Below are positions 29,832-39,760 of a DNA stretch of 47,368 nucleotides, piece after piece. This DNA comes from Barthelona sp. PAP020 (lineage: Eukaryota), in the NCBI GenBank assembly GCA_040182905.1, contig JARQWU010000053.1:1-47368 (forward strand), read 5' to 3'. How positions within the stretch are numbered: the first letter of the stretch is position 1; the number at the start of each line of letters is the position of its first letter. A program made the translations under genes and the position numbers. Below the pieces are notes generated by a model that worked only from the letters and a program-made list of their open reading frames with translations, searched no databases and was not told the origin of the DNA.

Positions 29832-30224
29832 ATGGATATATTTCAGGATTTATGTACAAAATATTTAATATCAACAAAAAAAATCAACCTCAAATTTCAT
29901 TCATCAGTTGATGTAGCCTCTTTGGTTACAACTGCGTTTGAAGACACAAGTATACACAATCTTTTAAATTCAACAACAAAAATATCTTCAGGGTCCTTAT
30001 TTTGGGGATTGTTATTGGGAACAACTTTTGTGTCAAAACCTGATAAAATTATAGAAGATTGGATTCAATCAAATGATTTAGACGTTAGAGATGTTTTAGC
30101 CATTAGTCAAGGAGCTTATTATTTGATTAATCCAATCAGTTCTCTCTTGGGTTTTTCATTTGGTCCTTTTGGATTGCTACCTTGTGCTTTAACAATGGAT
30201 TTTCGTTTCAAAAAGAAAGAATAA
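29832..30224 (+). CDS. Hypothetical 130-aa protein with hydrophobic segments
   Basis: ORF from the first ATG, divergent from the giant gene across ~100 bp; coding-like composition; no recognised motif. Confidence 0.55.
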   Translation: MDIFQDLCTKYLISTKKINLKFHSSVDVASLVTTAFEDTSIHNLLNSTTKISSGSLFWGLLLGTTFVSKPDKIIEDWIQSNDLDVRDVLAISQGAYYLINPISSLLGFSFGPFGLLPCALTMDFRFKKKE

Positions 30225-30350
30225 ATTTACTGGGGTTTGTTTTTGGACAAATTTTTCAAGTTGATCATATTTAAAATTTATGGTTTCAAGCATATATTAA
30301 ACAAAGATAAAAACCATTCAAAAGAAATAAAATCTTCTCAAACATACACC

Positions 30351-30659
30351 TTAGAACCCTGAACTAGAACTAGAAGAAGAACTAGAAAAAGAAGAAGAAG
30401 AAGAAGAAGAAGAAGAACTAGAACTAGAACTGGAAGAAGAACTGGAACTGGAACTAGAAGAGGAGCTAGAACTAGAACTGGAAGAACTAGACGACGAAGA
30501 ACTAGAACTAGAGCTAAAAACTCCTTCATTAAACTTGAAGTCTTTGTTAAAGTTGATGGATTCAGAATTTAATTTCGGACTATAATCGGAATATTTAAAA
30601 TTTAAAGCAAAAGTCAAAGTAATCAATAATGTAGTACAAACAAAAATAGAAAGTTTCAT
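30351..30659 (-). CDS. Secreted poly-serine mini-protein, 102 aa
   Basis: Signal peptide MKLSIFVCTTLLITLTFA, then ~30 aa, then ~50 Ser encoded by a mix of TCT/AGT/TCC/AGC/TCG/TCA. Confidence 0.75.
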   Translation of the reverse strand: MKLSIFVCTTLLITLTFALNFKYSDYSPKLNSESINFNKDFKFNEGVFSSSSSSSSSSSSSSSSSSSSSSSSSSSSSSSSSSSSSSSSSSFSSSSSSSSSGF

Positions 30660-30989
30660 TTCAATGAACCCAAAAAAGAAAAAGAAATTTTTTTTAAGAA
30701 CTTTTTGAAGCTATTTTTAACAATCTTTTTTGAATTAATTATAGATTGCTTATGGAAACTAAAATAATTTACAAACATTGTATATTGATTTTTATGAATG
30801 AAACTATTCTTTATCTGCAATAAATTTCTATGTTTCAACAGATTCTCAGATTTCTTGAATTTAAACAATATTTAAATTGTACATGTTCATTACTGCAAAT
30901 TATTTAATTTCTTAAATGAAATAAAAAAGGGAATGTTAATTTGTGTGCTTTTATTTTGACTAATTTGGAATTTGAAAATATTTGAAATT

Positions 30990-32969
30990 TTAAATCTCAA
31001 TTTCAACCTTTGAAGATTCAGTGACAGATTCAGTGACTGAATCTTCATCAATTTGGAAAAATGCTTCACCTAAAATTGGAACAAATCTATTCTTTAAAAT
31101 TTCAAGAGTGTCTTTTGCAATCTCAGTAACATCGTCATTCTCATTTAACTCAACCAATTTGGTTAAATAATTTAAGAAACCATGGTTTTTCAACCCTCTT
31201 AAAGTTTCTTCATAACATCCCAATGTCTTTAATGCAGAAATAACAAATTTCTTGACATCAACGAAATCTCTTCGGTTTTCCAACTTTTCAATGTTAATTA
31301 AAAATTCAGGAAGTATTTTAAAGAATCCAGGAACATTGAACAAAGGTCTAGTGTCATTCTTTGTACCTAAATTTTCAATAACAGAACAAATACGTCCAAT
31401 AACAATAATATTGTCCTTTTTTTGAATGATAACTTGTTCCAACAGATTTACAATTCCGTGAGAAAAAAGTAAATTTTTGCCTGTTTTATTGTGAGCCACA
31501 AAATTTCTCATTGCTCGACAAATAGCTTCAATCTCATCAGATACAACTTCTTTTGTCTTATTCTTTTCATTCACAGTATTTTGTAAAAGATTTATCAACA
31601 CTTGTGCAAAATCAGGTACATCATTCATTGGGTTATTAAGTTTTTCCTTTGCGACAACGTTCATACAAACTATGTTTTGAATAGCCCCACAGCCTTTGAT
31701 AACAATCTCAGAACTGTTACCAAAACGATTTAAGCAGGTAACAATCATACCATCACCGTTATTTTCACTAATCAATTGCCTACTCAATGGAATTCCACAT
31801 ACAGCATGTCTAACAGCTTCAAAAATGCAAGGTAACACTACAGTTGCTTCATCATATTCTTTTACACCATAATATTCGATGCATTCAACCAAAGCTTTCA
31901 AAACTTGTTGTTCCCTCAATGATTGTTTGATGTTATGAGGAACAATCGACAAATATGTAATGCAACTACATATGTTTTGGATAATCTTAGCATTTTCTTT
32001 GTATTTTACTAAGTGTGACGCGATAAGAGATGGTAATTTCAACTCATTGAGATCATCTCGAATTCTATCCAAACAATTTTCAGGAGACTTTATCAAAATC
32101 AATTTCAATAAATAATAATTGAATTGAAGAGATGTTATTGTAGCTCTACGAATGCTGTTGACCAATATCTCAATATTATCACGTTCAATATCTTCTTCTT
32201 CAATTGACATTGATACTTCATCATCATCACTATTTAATAAATTGGCAATCAAATCAATTAAACGACTGATATTACAAGAATGTGGAATACGATTGGATAA
32301 AGCTTCAAAAATGGAAACCATCGAACGTTCCTCCTGAAAAATGGATAAATAAGCTTGAATTTTCTTTTCTTCAACAGGGTGAAAATTCTCAAAACTCTCT
32401 CTTAAAGTTAACCCATCTAATAAACTACTTAACTCTTCTTTTCTAACCATGGTTCGTTCGCCCATCAAATATCCATCAGCATAAGCATATAAATGTGTTT
32501 GATATTGTTTTAATGCCGTTTTTTCCAAATTGTTATATTCAAGTTTGTCAATTAAATGACTTACAACAGCTTTAACAAATCTATTTGTCTTAATAACCAA
32601 ATCATCCCCAAATGCTTTGTCCCAAAAAGCTTCAACATCAGGATGAAAAACTTTAGGGGGTGTTCCTCGTCCTCCAAAGGAGGTTGTATCCAAAATGGTT
32701 ATTATTTGATCATGCGCTTGACGTATGTCTTGAAGTTGGGCACTGGAAATATCCTTTTTAAAACAACAAAAACAACCACCTCGACTTTGAACAATTTCTT
32801 CCAATAAGGAAGACGCGGTGTGTAATTTTTCACTAAGATCAGGATATTCTTGAGGATTTTGATGATATTTTTCAGAGATACTGTGAATTGTATCAAACAA
32901 TTCAATTACTACAGAAACATCAGAAAGATTGGCACAACTTTGTTGAATGTCTTTTAAAGCGTCTTCCAT
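30990..32969 (-). CDS. ARM-repeat protein with N-terminal helical bundle and Cbl-like FWxKAFG segment, 659 aa
   Basis: ARM motifs (GCGAIQNIV, ICRAMRNFV, ICSVIENLG) in the C-terminal half; GGCFCCF and VEAFWDKAFG in the N-terminal part. Confidence 0.85.
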   Translation of the reverse strand: MEDALKDIQQSCANLSDVSVVIELFDTIHSISEKYHQNPQEYPDLSEKLHTASSLLEEIVQSRGGCFCCFKKDISSAQLQDIRQAHDQIITILDTTSFGGRGTPPKVFHPDVEAFWDKAFGDDLVIKTNRFVKAVVSHLIDKLEYNNLEKTALKQYQTHLYAYADGYLMGERTMVRKEELSSLLDGLTLRESFENFHPVEEKKIQAYLSIFQEERSMVSIFEALSNRIPHSCNISRLIDLIANLLNSDDDEVSMSIEEEDIERDNIEILVNSIRRATITSLQFNYYLLKLILIKSPENCLDRIRDDLNELKLPSLIASHLVKYKENAKIIQNICSCITYLSIVPHNIKQSLREQQVLKALVECIEYYGVKEYDEATVVLPCIFEAVRHAVCGIPLSRQLISENNGDGMIVTCLNRFGNSSEIVIKGCGAIQNIVCMNVVAKEKLNNPMNDVPDFAQVLINLLQNTVNEKNKTKEVVSDEIEAICRAMRNFVAHNKTGKNLLFSHGIVNLLEQVIIQKKDNIIVIGRICSVIENLGTKNDTRPLFNVPGFFKILPEFLINIEKLENRRDFVDVKKFVISALKTLGCYEETLRGLKNHGFLNYLTKLVELNENDDVTEIAKDTLEILKNRFVPILGEAFFQIDEDSVTESVTESSKVEIEI

Positions 32970-33178
32970 TAAAAGAATATTGATTATAAAAGAAAAATAT
33001 TAAATTTTAAAAGCTCGAACTTGAAAAGAAAAATCACAAGAAGGAGAACAATCTTGGTTCTTTTTATGACCGTTTAATTTTCGAACTATTATTGATATAT
33101 AATATGTAACAACACAAATAATAAGTTAAAAATATGTTTACAAATTCTTAAAAAAAAAAAAATTTTTTTGTCACAATT

Positions 33179-34456
33179 TCAAAAATATGAAGGAGGATTC
33201 ATTGGACCATCAGTTAAGTTTCTTGAAACAATTCTATATGTTTTAGAATGAGGAATTGAGTTCAATTTCTTTCTTAAATCATGAACTGAAGGAGAGTCAA
33301 TAGTTTGTTTGAAATCATCTTGAATGTAACTTTGAACTGGAGTTTCACTCAATTCTTCAATAGTGGGAGTAATATTAGAAGGTGTTGCGTTCAAATTATT
33401 TTCATCAATATTATCATTGCGTACTATTGGAGAAGAGAACACAGAATAATCGTTCTTTGCAATAGGTTTTGGACTTTCCATGATATTAAAGGTATCAGAA
33501 AGTACATTACATACATTGGTTTCAAAGTTGCTTTTGGGAACAAGTTGATTCTTTAAAGAAAACAAAGCATCATCGCTGACATCATCTAAAGATTTTAAAG
33601 CACCATCAGCTTCTAAAAATTCAAACTTTTCTCTCACCAAATTGTTAAGATTCTTCACTTTTTTTGCTAACTTTTCAGCAGTTTCAAAATGATTATTTCT
33701 CTGTTTGATTAAGTTGTTTATTTGCTCTTTCATGCTTACATTATGTTTGTTGGCAATTTGTAATCTGTTTTGAAGATTAAACAGCTCCTTTTTCAAATCT
33801 TCATTAGTGTGCATAAATCTATCATTGTTATCCACTTGATTTTTCTCTACTTCCTTTAAATTTGAAAGTTTTTCAGTTAAAGTCTTGGATAATTCCTCCT
33901 TTTCATCAATTAATTTTTGAATTGTTGCGTTTTTTTCTTCAACTTCATTGTTAATAACCTTTTCTTGATCTTTACTTTCCCAAACAAGTTGGTAATGAGC
34001 TTTGACAAGATCATCATATTTTCTTTGAAGCTGTTCCTTAGCATCTCGTTCAGTGAATAAAAGCTCTTCTAAATTATTAATTCTACCAGTTAATAATTCA
34101 TTTGTTTCATCTGTTGAACTCGCTGATTCAGACAACTTTTTTTTCAGGTCATTGTTTTCATCAATTAAAATGTTTAATTTTTCTTCAGATTCACCATATT
34201 TCATTTTTAACTCATCAAATTCACTTTCCAAAAAAAGTATTTGACCTTTCAACTTTCCAATTAAAGGGTATTCAGACGTTGGAATGTCACTCTTAACCAA
34301 AGATTCTTCTTCTTTTTGTTCTTCTTCCGAACAATTATCTTTGGGTTCAAGGGGTGATTCAACATCCTTTTCAACTTCCTCAAATTTTGTTTCACTCAAA
34401 TCTTGTTCAATTATTTCATTTTTTTGCACTCTTTGTGCTTCTTCAACAGTTTGCAT
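33179..34456 (-). CDS. Coiled-coil protein, 425 aa
   Basis: E/K/L-rich heptad pattern through the middle; first ATG at 34456. Confidence 0.8.
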   Translation of the reverse strand: MQTVEEAQRVQKNEIIEQDLSETKFEEVEKDVESPLEPKDNCSEEEQKEEESLVKSDIPTSEYPLIGKLKGQILFLESEFDELKMKYGESEEKLNILIDENNDLKKKLSESASSTDETNELLTGRINNLEELLFTERDAKEQLQRKYDDLVKAHYQLVWESKDQEKVINNEVEEKNATIQKLIDEKEELSKTLTEKLSNLKEVEKNQVDNNDRFMHTNEDLKKELFNLQNRLQIANKHNVSMKEQINNLIKQRNNHFETAEKLAKKVKNLNNLVREKFEFLEADGALKSLDDVSDDALFSLKNQLVPKSNFETNVCNVLSDTFNIMESPKPIAKNDYSVFSSPIVRNDNIDENNLNATPSNITPTIEELSETPVQSYIQDDFKQTIDSPSVHDLRKKLNSIPHSKTYRIVSRNLTDGPMNPPSYF

Positions 34457-34905
34457 GATTAATAACAAAGTTTAAAGTCAAAAATCAAAATCAAAAACTC
34501 AAAAAAAAATTTTGTTTTCCCTTTTCAAAAAATGATTATTTATTTGTTCAATTTGATGGCAATCTTTAATCACATATTTATTATTAAATGATACATTCAG
34601 ATTTTCTTTGCATATTTTGTGAATTGGAATCTTGCCTGATCTCATTTCAACCAAATACACTTTTTCAATTTCCATCTAAATGCAATAAAATGAATTTTTA
34701 ATTACTCTAAAATCTTGCAACTTCAAACAAAGTCAAATTGAGAGACAATATCAAGATTATTTTTTACCTTTTCTTTTTAAATAATTCAAATTTTCTCTCC
34801 ATCTTTTTATTCAATTGTAACAAATTAAATCATTTATAAAATGGATTTTTAAAGATTAAAAAAAAGGGAAAAAAAGAAAAGACTATATTTATATGAACGT
34901 AATTA

Positions 34906-35643
34906 TTATTTCTTTTTCAGTATCCAAGTGTACACTGGATACATGTCTTTGGGATAATCAGGTAAATATTCACTGAAAACAACCTTATATCCAGCTCTGG
35001 AAAACAATGACAAATAATATATAACAGATCTTGATACACCATTATCTTGGGGATCAATATCATAAATATCCCTACCAGTTTCACAAGATACTTGTTCTAG
35101 CACGTTTTCTTTGATTATGATAATAGAATCATCATAAAGGTGGCTTTTAAGATTCTTTAAACAACTAATAATGTCAGAGTTTTTTAAATATAATAAAACC
35201 CATTGAATAAAAACTAAATGATAACGGATATTCAATCTGGTGCTGTGATTTGGTTGACAATCAATGAAATCTTGCATTTTGCACATATGACTTTCAAAAA
35301 CTCGATGAGATGGCAATATTTCCAGAGCTTTTTCCATGAACCTAGGTTCTCTTTCCACCAAAGTTACATTTTCAACATAATTTATCAAAACATTTTGAGT
35401 AATTCGTCCAATTCCACTTCCAAATTCCAGACCATAAGTATTATCATCTTTGGAATAAACAAAATATTTATCTAATAGCTTTTTAGAATGATTAAGATCA
35501 GATTCAGAAAGTTCTGGAAAACCTCCAAGCATTCCACCAACATTGGCTTCCATATTTTCCCAATATTGTTGTGTCAGATAGTCATTATTATCATAAATAT
35601 CTTCATCAAGACTTAAATTATCGTATTCTTCTTCCGAACTCAT
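34906..35643 (-). CDS. NTMT1: Alpha N-terminal protein methyltransferase (NTMT1/Ntm1/Tae1), 245 aa
   Basis: YW...NVGGMLGGF..LS..DL..S, LEFGSGIGRIT, IQWVLLYL, IIIKENV, D.QDNGVSRS, YPKDMYPV. Confidence 0.93.
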   Translation of the reverse strand: MSSEEEYDNLSLDEDIYDNNDYLTQQYWENMEANVGGMLGGFPELSESDLNHSKKLLDKYFVYSKDDNTYGLEFGSGIGRITQNVLINYVENVTLVEREPRFMEKALEILPSHRVFESHMCKMQDFIDCQPNHSTRLNIRYHLVFIQWVLLYLKNSDIISCLKNLKSHLYDDSIIIIKENVLEQVSCETGRDIYDIDPQDNGVSRSVIYYLSLFSRAGYKVVFSEYLPDYPKDMYPVYTWILKKK

Positions 35644-35740
35644 ATTAAAGTTTAAAAACTTTTGAAAATCTTTTCCTTTTCATTATTTTTTTTTTTGTTG
35701 TTATCATTTTCAAAAAAACTTTTTTTGGTTTATTTTATAA

Positions 35741-35843
35741 GTATGTTGATGATGGTCTTTGATTTTGCTAGGATTATACCATATTGCTACTGCTGAACAT
35801 GTTCTCTTATTGTAGTGATGACTTCACCAAGATCACTGAGCTT
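35741..35843 (+). ncRNA. SNORD24: Box C/D snoRNA, U24/snR24 homologue
   Basis: Box C TGATGA 35747-35752; guide ATATTGCTACT 35781-35791; D' CTGA 35793-35796; C' GTGATGA 35815-35821; guide CACCAAGATC 35825-35834; D CTGA 35836-35839. Both guides are antisense to the conserved LSU rRNA segment GATCTTGGTGGTAGTAGCAAATAT, in the same order as yeast and human U24. Confidence 0.88.
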
Positions 35844-35886
35844 TTTTCTTTATTTATTTTATTTGAAAATCAATCTAACACAATAG
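35741..35886 (+). other. Putative 146-nt non-coding intron hosting the snoRNA
   Basis: Starts GTATGT and ends TCTAACACAATAG, the same branch-point/3'SS geometry as the DRG2 and RPL24 introns. Confidence 0.6.
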
Positions 35887-36028
35887 TATGACTTAATTAA
35901 ATTTTATTTATTCAATTTTCAGTTTTTTTCTTTCAAGAATCAATATTTTCAATCATAAATTTTTGTTTTTTCACCAATGTTTTTGAGACTGCATTTTTGT
36001 GTTCTTTTTTCTTCTTTATTTCAAAATA

Positions 36029-37309
36029 ATGGATTTTAAACAGTTTATTGATTTGCATCGAGCTCAATTGGAAGGAAATCAAGTTCCTCAAGAGTTATGG
36101 GGAAAGTTATATGCAAAATTTCAACAAACTGATACTTCAAATGATGATTCTTTTGAATTAAAAACTAATGATGCTGGAGAAGTACATATAAATGCGAAAA
36201 GAGATTTTAACGATGAGATTTTTATGTTTATTCATGAATTTCAATGCAAAAAGAATGAATTCAACATGGATTTGCTCCAAGATTCCAACATTTTTAAGTT
36301 AATGAAAAATACCATTCACATTCAAGATCCTATTAAACGAGAAACGTCAGATAATTCGAATATGTTTAATTATGAAGAGTTTTTGAAGAAGTTAGATTTA
36401 AGTGTTGAACTAAAGTATTACCCTGAAATTCAGATGTTAGATTTGAGTGAACAAGGGATAACTAATGAGGATTTAAGCCAAATAGATTTTTTGAACGAAT
36501 TTGTGAATGTTCAGTTTCTTGATCTTTCTAATAATTACATCACTGATTTAGCAAGTTTAATATGTGTGCTAGATGGGTCTAATGTTCGTTCTATTACCCT
36601 AACTTCCAATCCTGTTGAATCTCCAACCATGATTGAGACGATAGAAAATTATTTGGAGCAAATTGAAGTCGTTAATGGGCATTGGACAAAACATTATTCA
36701 GAATGGTTAACAAATCAACTGTCTGTTGATAATAACACGTTAACTATACCTTATGTGGCTAATCCATCCCATTTAAACCCCAGAGCATTTGCTTTGGATC
36801 ACTTTAGGTCAGTAGAAACCTTGGATATCAGAAGTTGTCATCGTCTTCGAATCGAGGATGTTGAAAAAATTTCTGAATGTTTTACAAATTTAAAACACTT
36901 GAAACTTTCGACTTCAATCAGAATGTATGAGCCTTTGTGGCTACTGTTTTCAAATTTGATTACCATTAATAATTGTGTTATTGAAAAGGGAAACTCAATT
37001 ATTTGGAGAAATCCCAGACCGTATTTGAATGAAACAGAACATTCTGCTATTGCTAGGTTGCTCCCACATTATCTTAGAACGTTTCGTTGTCAAACTAATG
37101 ATGGTTTGGTTGAAATGTTATATTCTACAGATAAATTGCTCTCTTGTATGGCCAAAGGTGATTTTCAAGTTGCCAATTTAAGAGCTGTTAATCTTTTATT
37201 TATTATCAAAGAAGGTGCAATACCAATTACCATAGTCTTTCAATTGAAATCAATCAATAAAAATGAAGAATGTGTCTGTTTTTCTTCCACAATACTTGAT
37301 GTGCAATAA
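36029..37309 (+). CDS. TTLL12-like protein (split SET-like domain with LRR insertion, no TTL domain), 426 aa
   Basis: FKQFIDLHRAQLEGNQVPQELWGKLYAK resembles the TTLL12 N-terminus. LRRs (LDLSEQGI, LDLSNNYI, ITLTSNPV) follow. The C-terminal YLRTFR..LYSTDKLLS..ANLR..LLFI..ITIVFQLKSINKNEEC resembles the second half of the SET-like domain. Confidence 0.75.
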   Translation: MDFKQFIDLHRAQLEGNQVPQELWGKLYAKFQQTDTSNDDSFELKTNDAGEVHINAKRDFNDEIFMFIHEFQCKKNEFNMDLLQDSNIFKLMKNTIHIQDPIKRETSDNSNMFNYEEFLKKLDLSVELKYYPEIQMLDLSEQGITNEDLSQIDFLNEFVNVQFLDLSNNYITDLASLICVLDGSNVRSITLTSNPVESPTMIETIENYLEQIEVVNGHWTKHYSEWLTNQLSVDNNTLTIPYVANPSHLNPRAFALDHFRSVETLDIRSCHRLRIEDVEKISECFTNLKHLKLSTSIRMYEPLWLLFSNLITINNCVIEKGNSIIWRNPRPYLNETEHSAIARLLPHYLRTFRCQTNDGLVEMLYSTDKLLSCMAKGDFQVANLRAVNLLFIIKEGAIPITIVFQLKSINKNEECVCFSSTILDVQ

Positions 37310-37403
37310 ATGAACAAAGTTACACTTAATTTTTTTCTTTTTTATTCATTGTTTTAAAAAATACAGGCAAAAAAAAAATTCAAAAAAAAAATCATTTTTC
37401 TAT

Positions 37404-39458
37404 TTATCTTGAACTTTTCCATTGTTCCAACATCGACAAAACATGTTCTTTTTTAGATTCTCTTTCTGAATCAACTGTAATGCTCTCACTTGTTTCAGAA
37501 AGAGCTTTCAATTCTTGAGTTTGTGAATGACTCAATGGTGAGATTGGTGCAGATCTTTGTAAATAGATACGTTTTCCCAATGGAGAAGAAGAATTGCCAG
37601 TATTTGTGGCTTCAAATGGTTGGTTGACCAATTTTCTGTTTGAAAAATCAGTTTGTTCAAATAACTCAGACGCTATTGAAGAATAACTCATTTGAGAAGC
37701 ATTTTGAGAATTGGAATCTGAATAATCATCTCTAATTGAAGGAGAAGTGTTTACAGGATTTTTAATTGGTGTTAAAGGAGATTCTCCACCAATGGGCGGA
37801 CTTTTCATATGTTTTTTAGGTGTTTTCCTCACTTTACTGGGACTTTCAGATTTTGATTTTACAGGACTCGATCTATCTTTAAAATAAGATAAAGCTGCAG
37901 ATGTGTAAGACCAATCAGATCCTGAATAACCACCTTTTGGTTTTTCTTGTGTTGTTGTGGAAGTGCTATAACTACGTCTCTTTGAACTCATATTTGAGGG
38001 AGTTCTAGAGAGGCTCTTTTGATCTTCTATCCTCTTCTTCTCCATAAATGATAATTTTTTGGAAGTTGACTCTTTCTTTTGCTTTTCATCTCTCAATTTC
38101 TTTCTTCTTTCTTCCTTTAAATCATTAGAAGTTACAGGCTTGAATGTACAATCCTTCACCTCTTCAGCCAACCTTTTTTTTCTCATTTTTTCGATTTCCT
38201 GTAATTTTTGCTTTTCTAATTCCATAGCCCTATCGTATAAATCTTTGCGATCAATGCTAACATCTTCTAAGATCTCCTTTGTTCCTTTACTCAATGTAGG
38301 TGTGAAAGTATATTCCTTTTTGATTTTTTCTTCTCTCTCCTTCACAATAAACTCGATATCCTTCTGTTTTTCTTCCAAAATTCTGCTGTTACGCTCCTCA
38401 AATTCTTTTCTAAGTTCTTCACGTTTAGCAGGATCCAATTGAATTTGTGACTGAGAAACATCAACTTCTTTTTCAGCATAACTATCAAATTTTTCCTTTT
38501 TGCCTTCATCAAACAACCTTTCTAGTACAGGTTGCAACTGTTTTTCTCTCAAAATTTTTTCAGATCCTTTAGATAACTTAGGAGTATGTGTATAAGTTGT
38601 ATCTTCCAAAATTTTTTTATCAGGTGTTTTCATTGCCTTGGAAAATAGCTTTTCAAAAACGTCAATATTGTTGTTTTCTTGCTTATCTTCCAAATCCTCA
38701 AGAGTTGGATTGATTGTCGGTTTGAACAAAATATTTCCTTCTTCATCAACAATGTTCTTGTCGGCCTGTTCAATACAATTGGCTTCAAGCTGTTTTTTCC
38801 TCTTTTCAAGCTTCATTTGTATCCACATACGATTTCCGGCATGTTCTTCAAATTCATCAATCATAGAAGGCTTGTTGTTTTCCGATTTACGAGATTTCTT
38901 TTTTTTTCTTTGCTTTTCTATAAACTCCATCTGTTCCATCTTTTCTTTTTCTTCTTGTTGTAAACGTTTAGCAATTCTAGAAGACTTATTATCGATCTTT
39001 GGTGAAAATGTACAATTTGGATCGGGAAATTCATTCTTTTTGGTCATATAATGAGCAGTCTGTTCATCCCAATCATCAAAGATTGACAATCTACCTTCGG
39101 TTTTGTGATAAAACTTTAATTCTGGCTTGAAAGTATATTGTTCAGCTTCTACAGCCAATAATTCCTGTCTAATTTCTTCAAGTTTTCTTTCTTTAGTATT
39201 TTGCCAGGCAGTATTACTTTTGGAAAAATCTTTAGGTCTGTGTATAATTAATTGACGACTAGCTTTCGATATTTTAGGTGTTTTTTGAAGTTCACGAGTA
39301 AGTTCCTCTTCTCGTTCACGTTCTGTTTGAGCTATTTTATCGTCACGAGTGCGAAGAAATTCCAAACCACGTTCATATAATTCATTTCCTTTGTCTCTTT
39401 CCATATTTTTTGTTGGAGAAAAATCAACAGTGCTCCTCGAAATCGGTGTACTCTGCAT
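37404..39458 (-). CDS. Coiled-coil protein with repeated TFxP-type motifs, likely cytoskeletal, 684 aa
   Basis: Recurring YTFKPEL, CTFSPKI, LFKPTIN, YTHTPKL, YTFTPTL and CTFKPVT between E/K/R-rich helices; Ser/Pro-rich tail. Confidence 0.82.
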   Translation of the reverse strand: MQSTPISRSTVDFSPTKNMERDKGNELYERGLEFLRTRDDKIAQTEREREEELTRELQKTPKISKASRQLIIHRPKDFSKSNTAWQNTKERKLEEIRQELLAVEAEQYTFKPELKFYHKTEGRLSIFDDWDEQTAHYMTKKNEFPDPNCTFSPKIDNKSSRIAKRLQQEEKEKMEQMEFIEKQRKKKKSRKSENNKPSMIDEFEEHAGNRMWIQMKLEKRKKQLEANCIEQADKNIVDEEGNILFKPTINPTLEDLEDKQENNNIDVFEKLFSKAMKTPDKKILEDTTYTHTPKLSKGSEKILREKQLQPVLERLFDEGKKEKFDSYAEKEVDVSQSQIQLDPAKREELRKEFEERNSRILEEKQKDIEFIVKEREEKIKKEYTFTPTLSKGTKEILEDVSIDRKDLYDRAMELEKQKLQEIEKMRKKRLAEEVKDCTFKPVTSNDLKEERRKKLRDEKQKKESTSKKLSFMEKKRIEDQKSLSRTPSNMSSKRRSYSTSTTTQEKPKGGYSGSDWSYTSAALSYFKDRSSPVKSKSESPSKVRKTPKKHMKSPPIGGESPLTPIKNPVNTSPSIRDDYSDSNSQNASQMSYSSIASELFEQTDFSNRKLVNQPFEATNTGNSSSPLGKRIYLQRSAPISPLSHSQTQELKALSETSESITVDSERESKKEHVLSMLEQWKSSR

Positions 39459-39760
39459 AAATTATATGGTTATGTGAAAATACAACAATAATGAAGTTGA
39501 AAATCAAAATTCAAAATCCAATTTTTTCTTTTGAAAATTAAGATGCGAAACATAAAATGGTGTAAATTCTTTTATAAATTTAGATTTTACCTTGTTTAAC
39601 AAGTTTTTTAGTTTTTCTTTGGAAGACGCCTTTATTTTAATTCAATTTTTCTTTTTCTTCATTGCTATTTTGCCATATTTTTCAAAAAAAATAATCTTTT
39701 TTTACAAAAGAATTATCAAAACCTGAATTGAAAAAAAAACATAAAAAATAAAGGTAAATC

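Noticed and set aside
30338..30529. Leu/Val-rich ORF resembling a transmembrane peptide
   Set aside because: Alternative frame of the poly-Ser tract.
34498..34675. 58-codon minus-strand ORF MEIEKVYLVEMRSGKIPIHK...
   Set aside because: Short, no recognisable motif, and the flanking GT..AG lacks the CTAAY branch seen in real introns here. Cannot be supported without RNA data.
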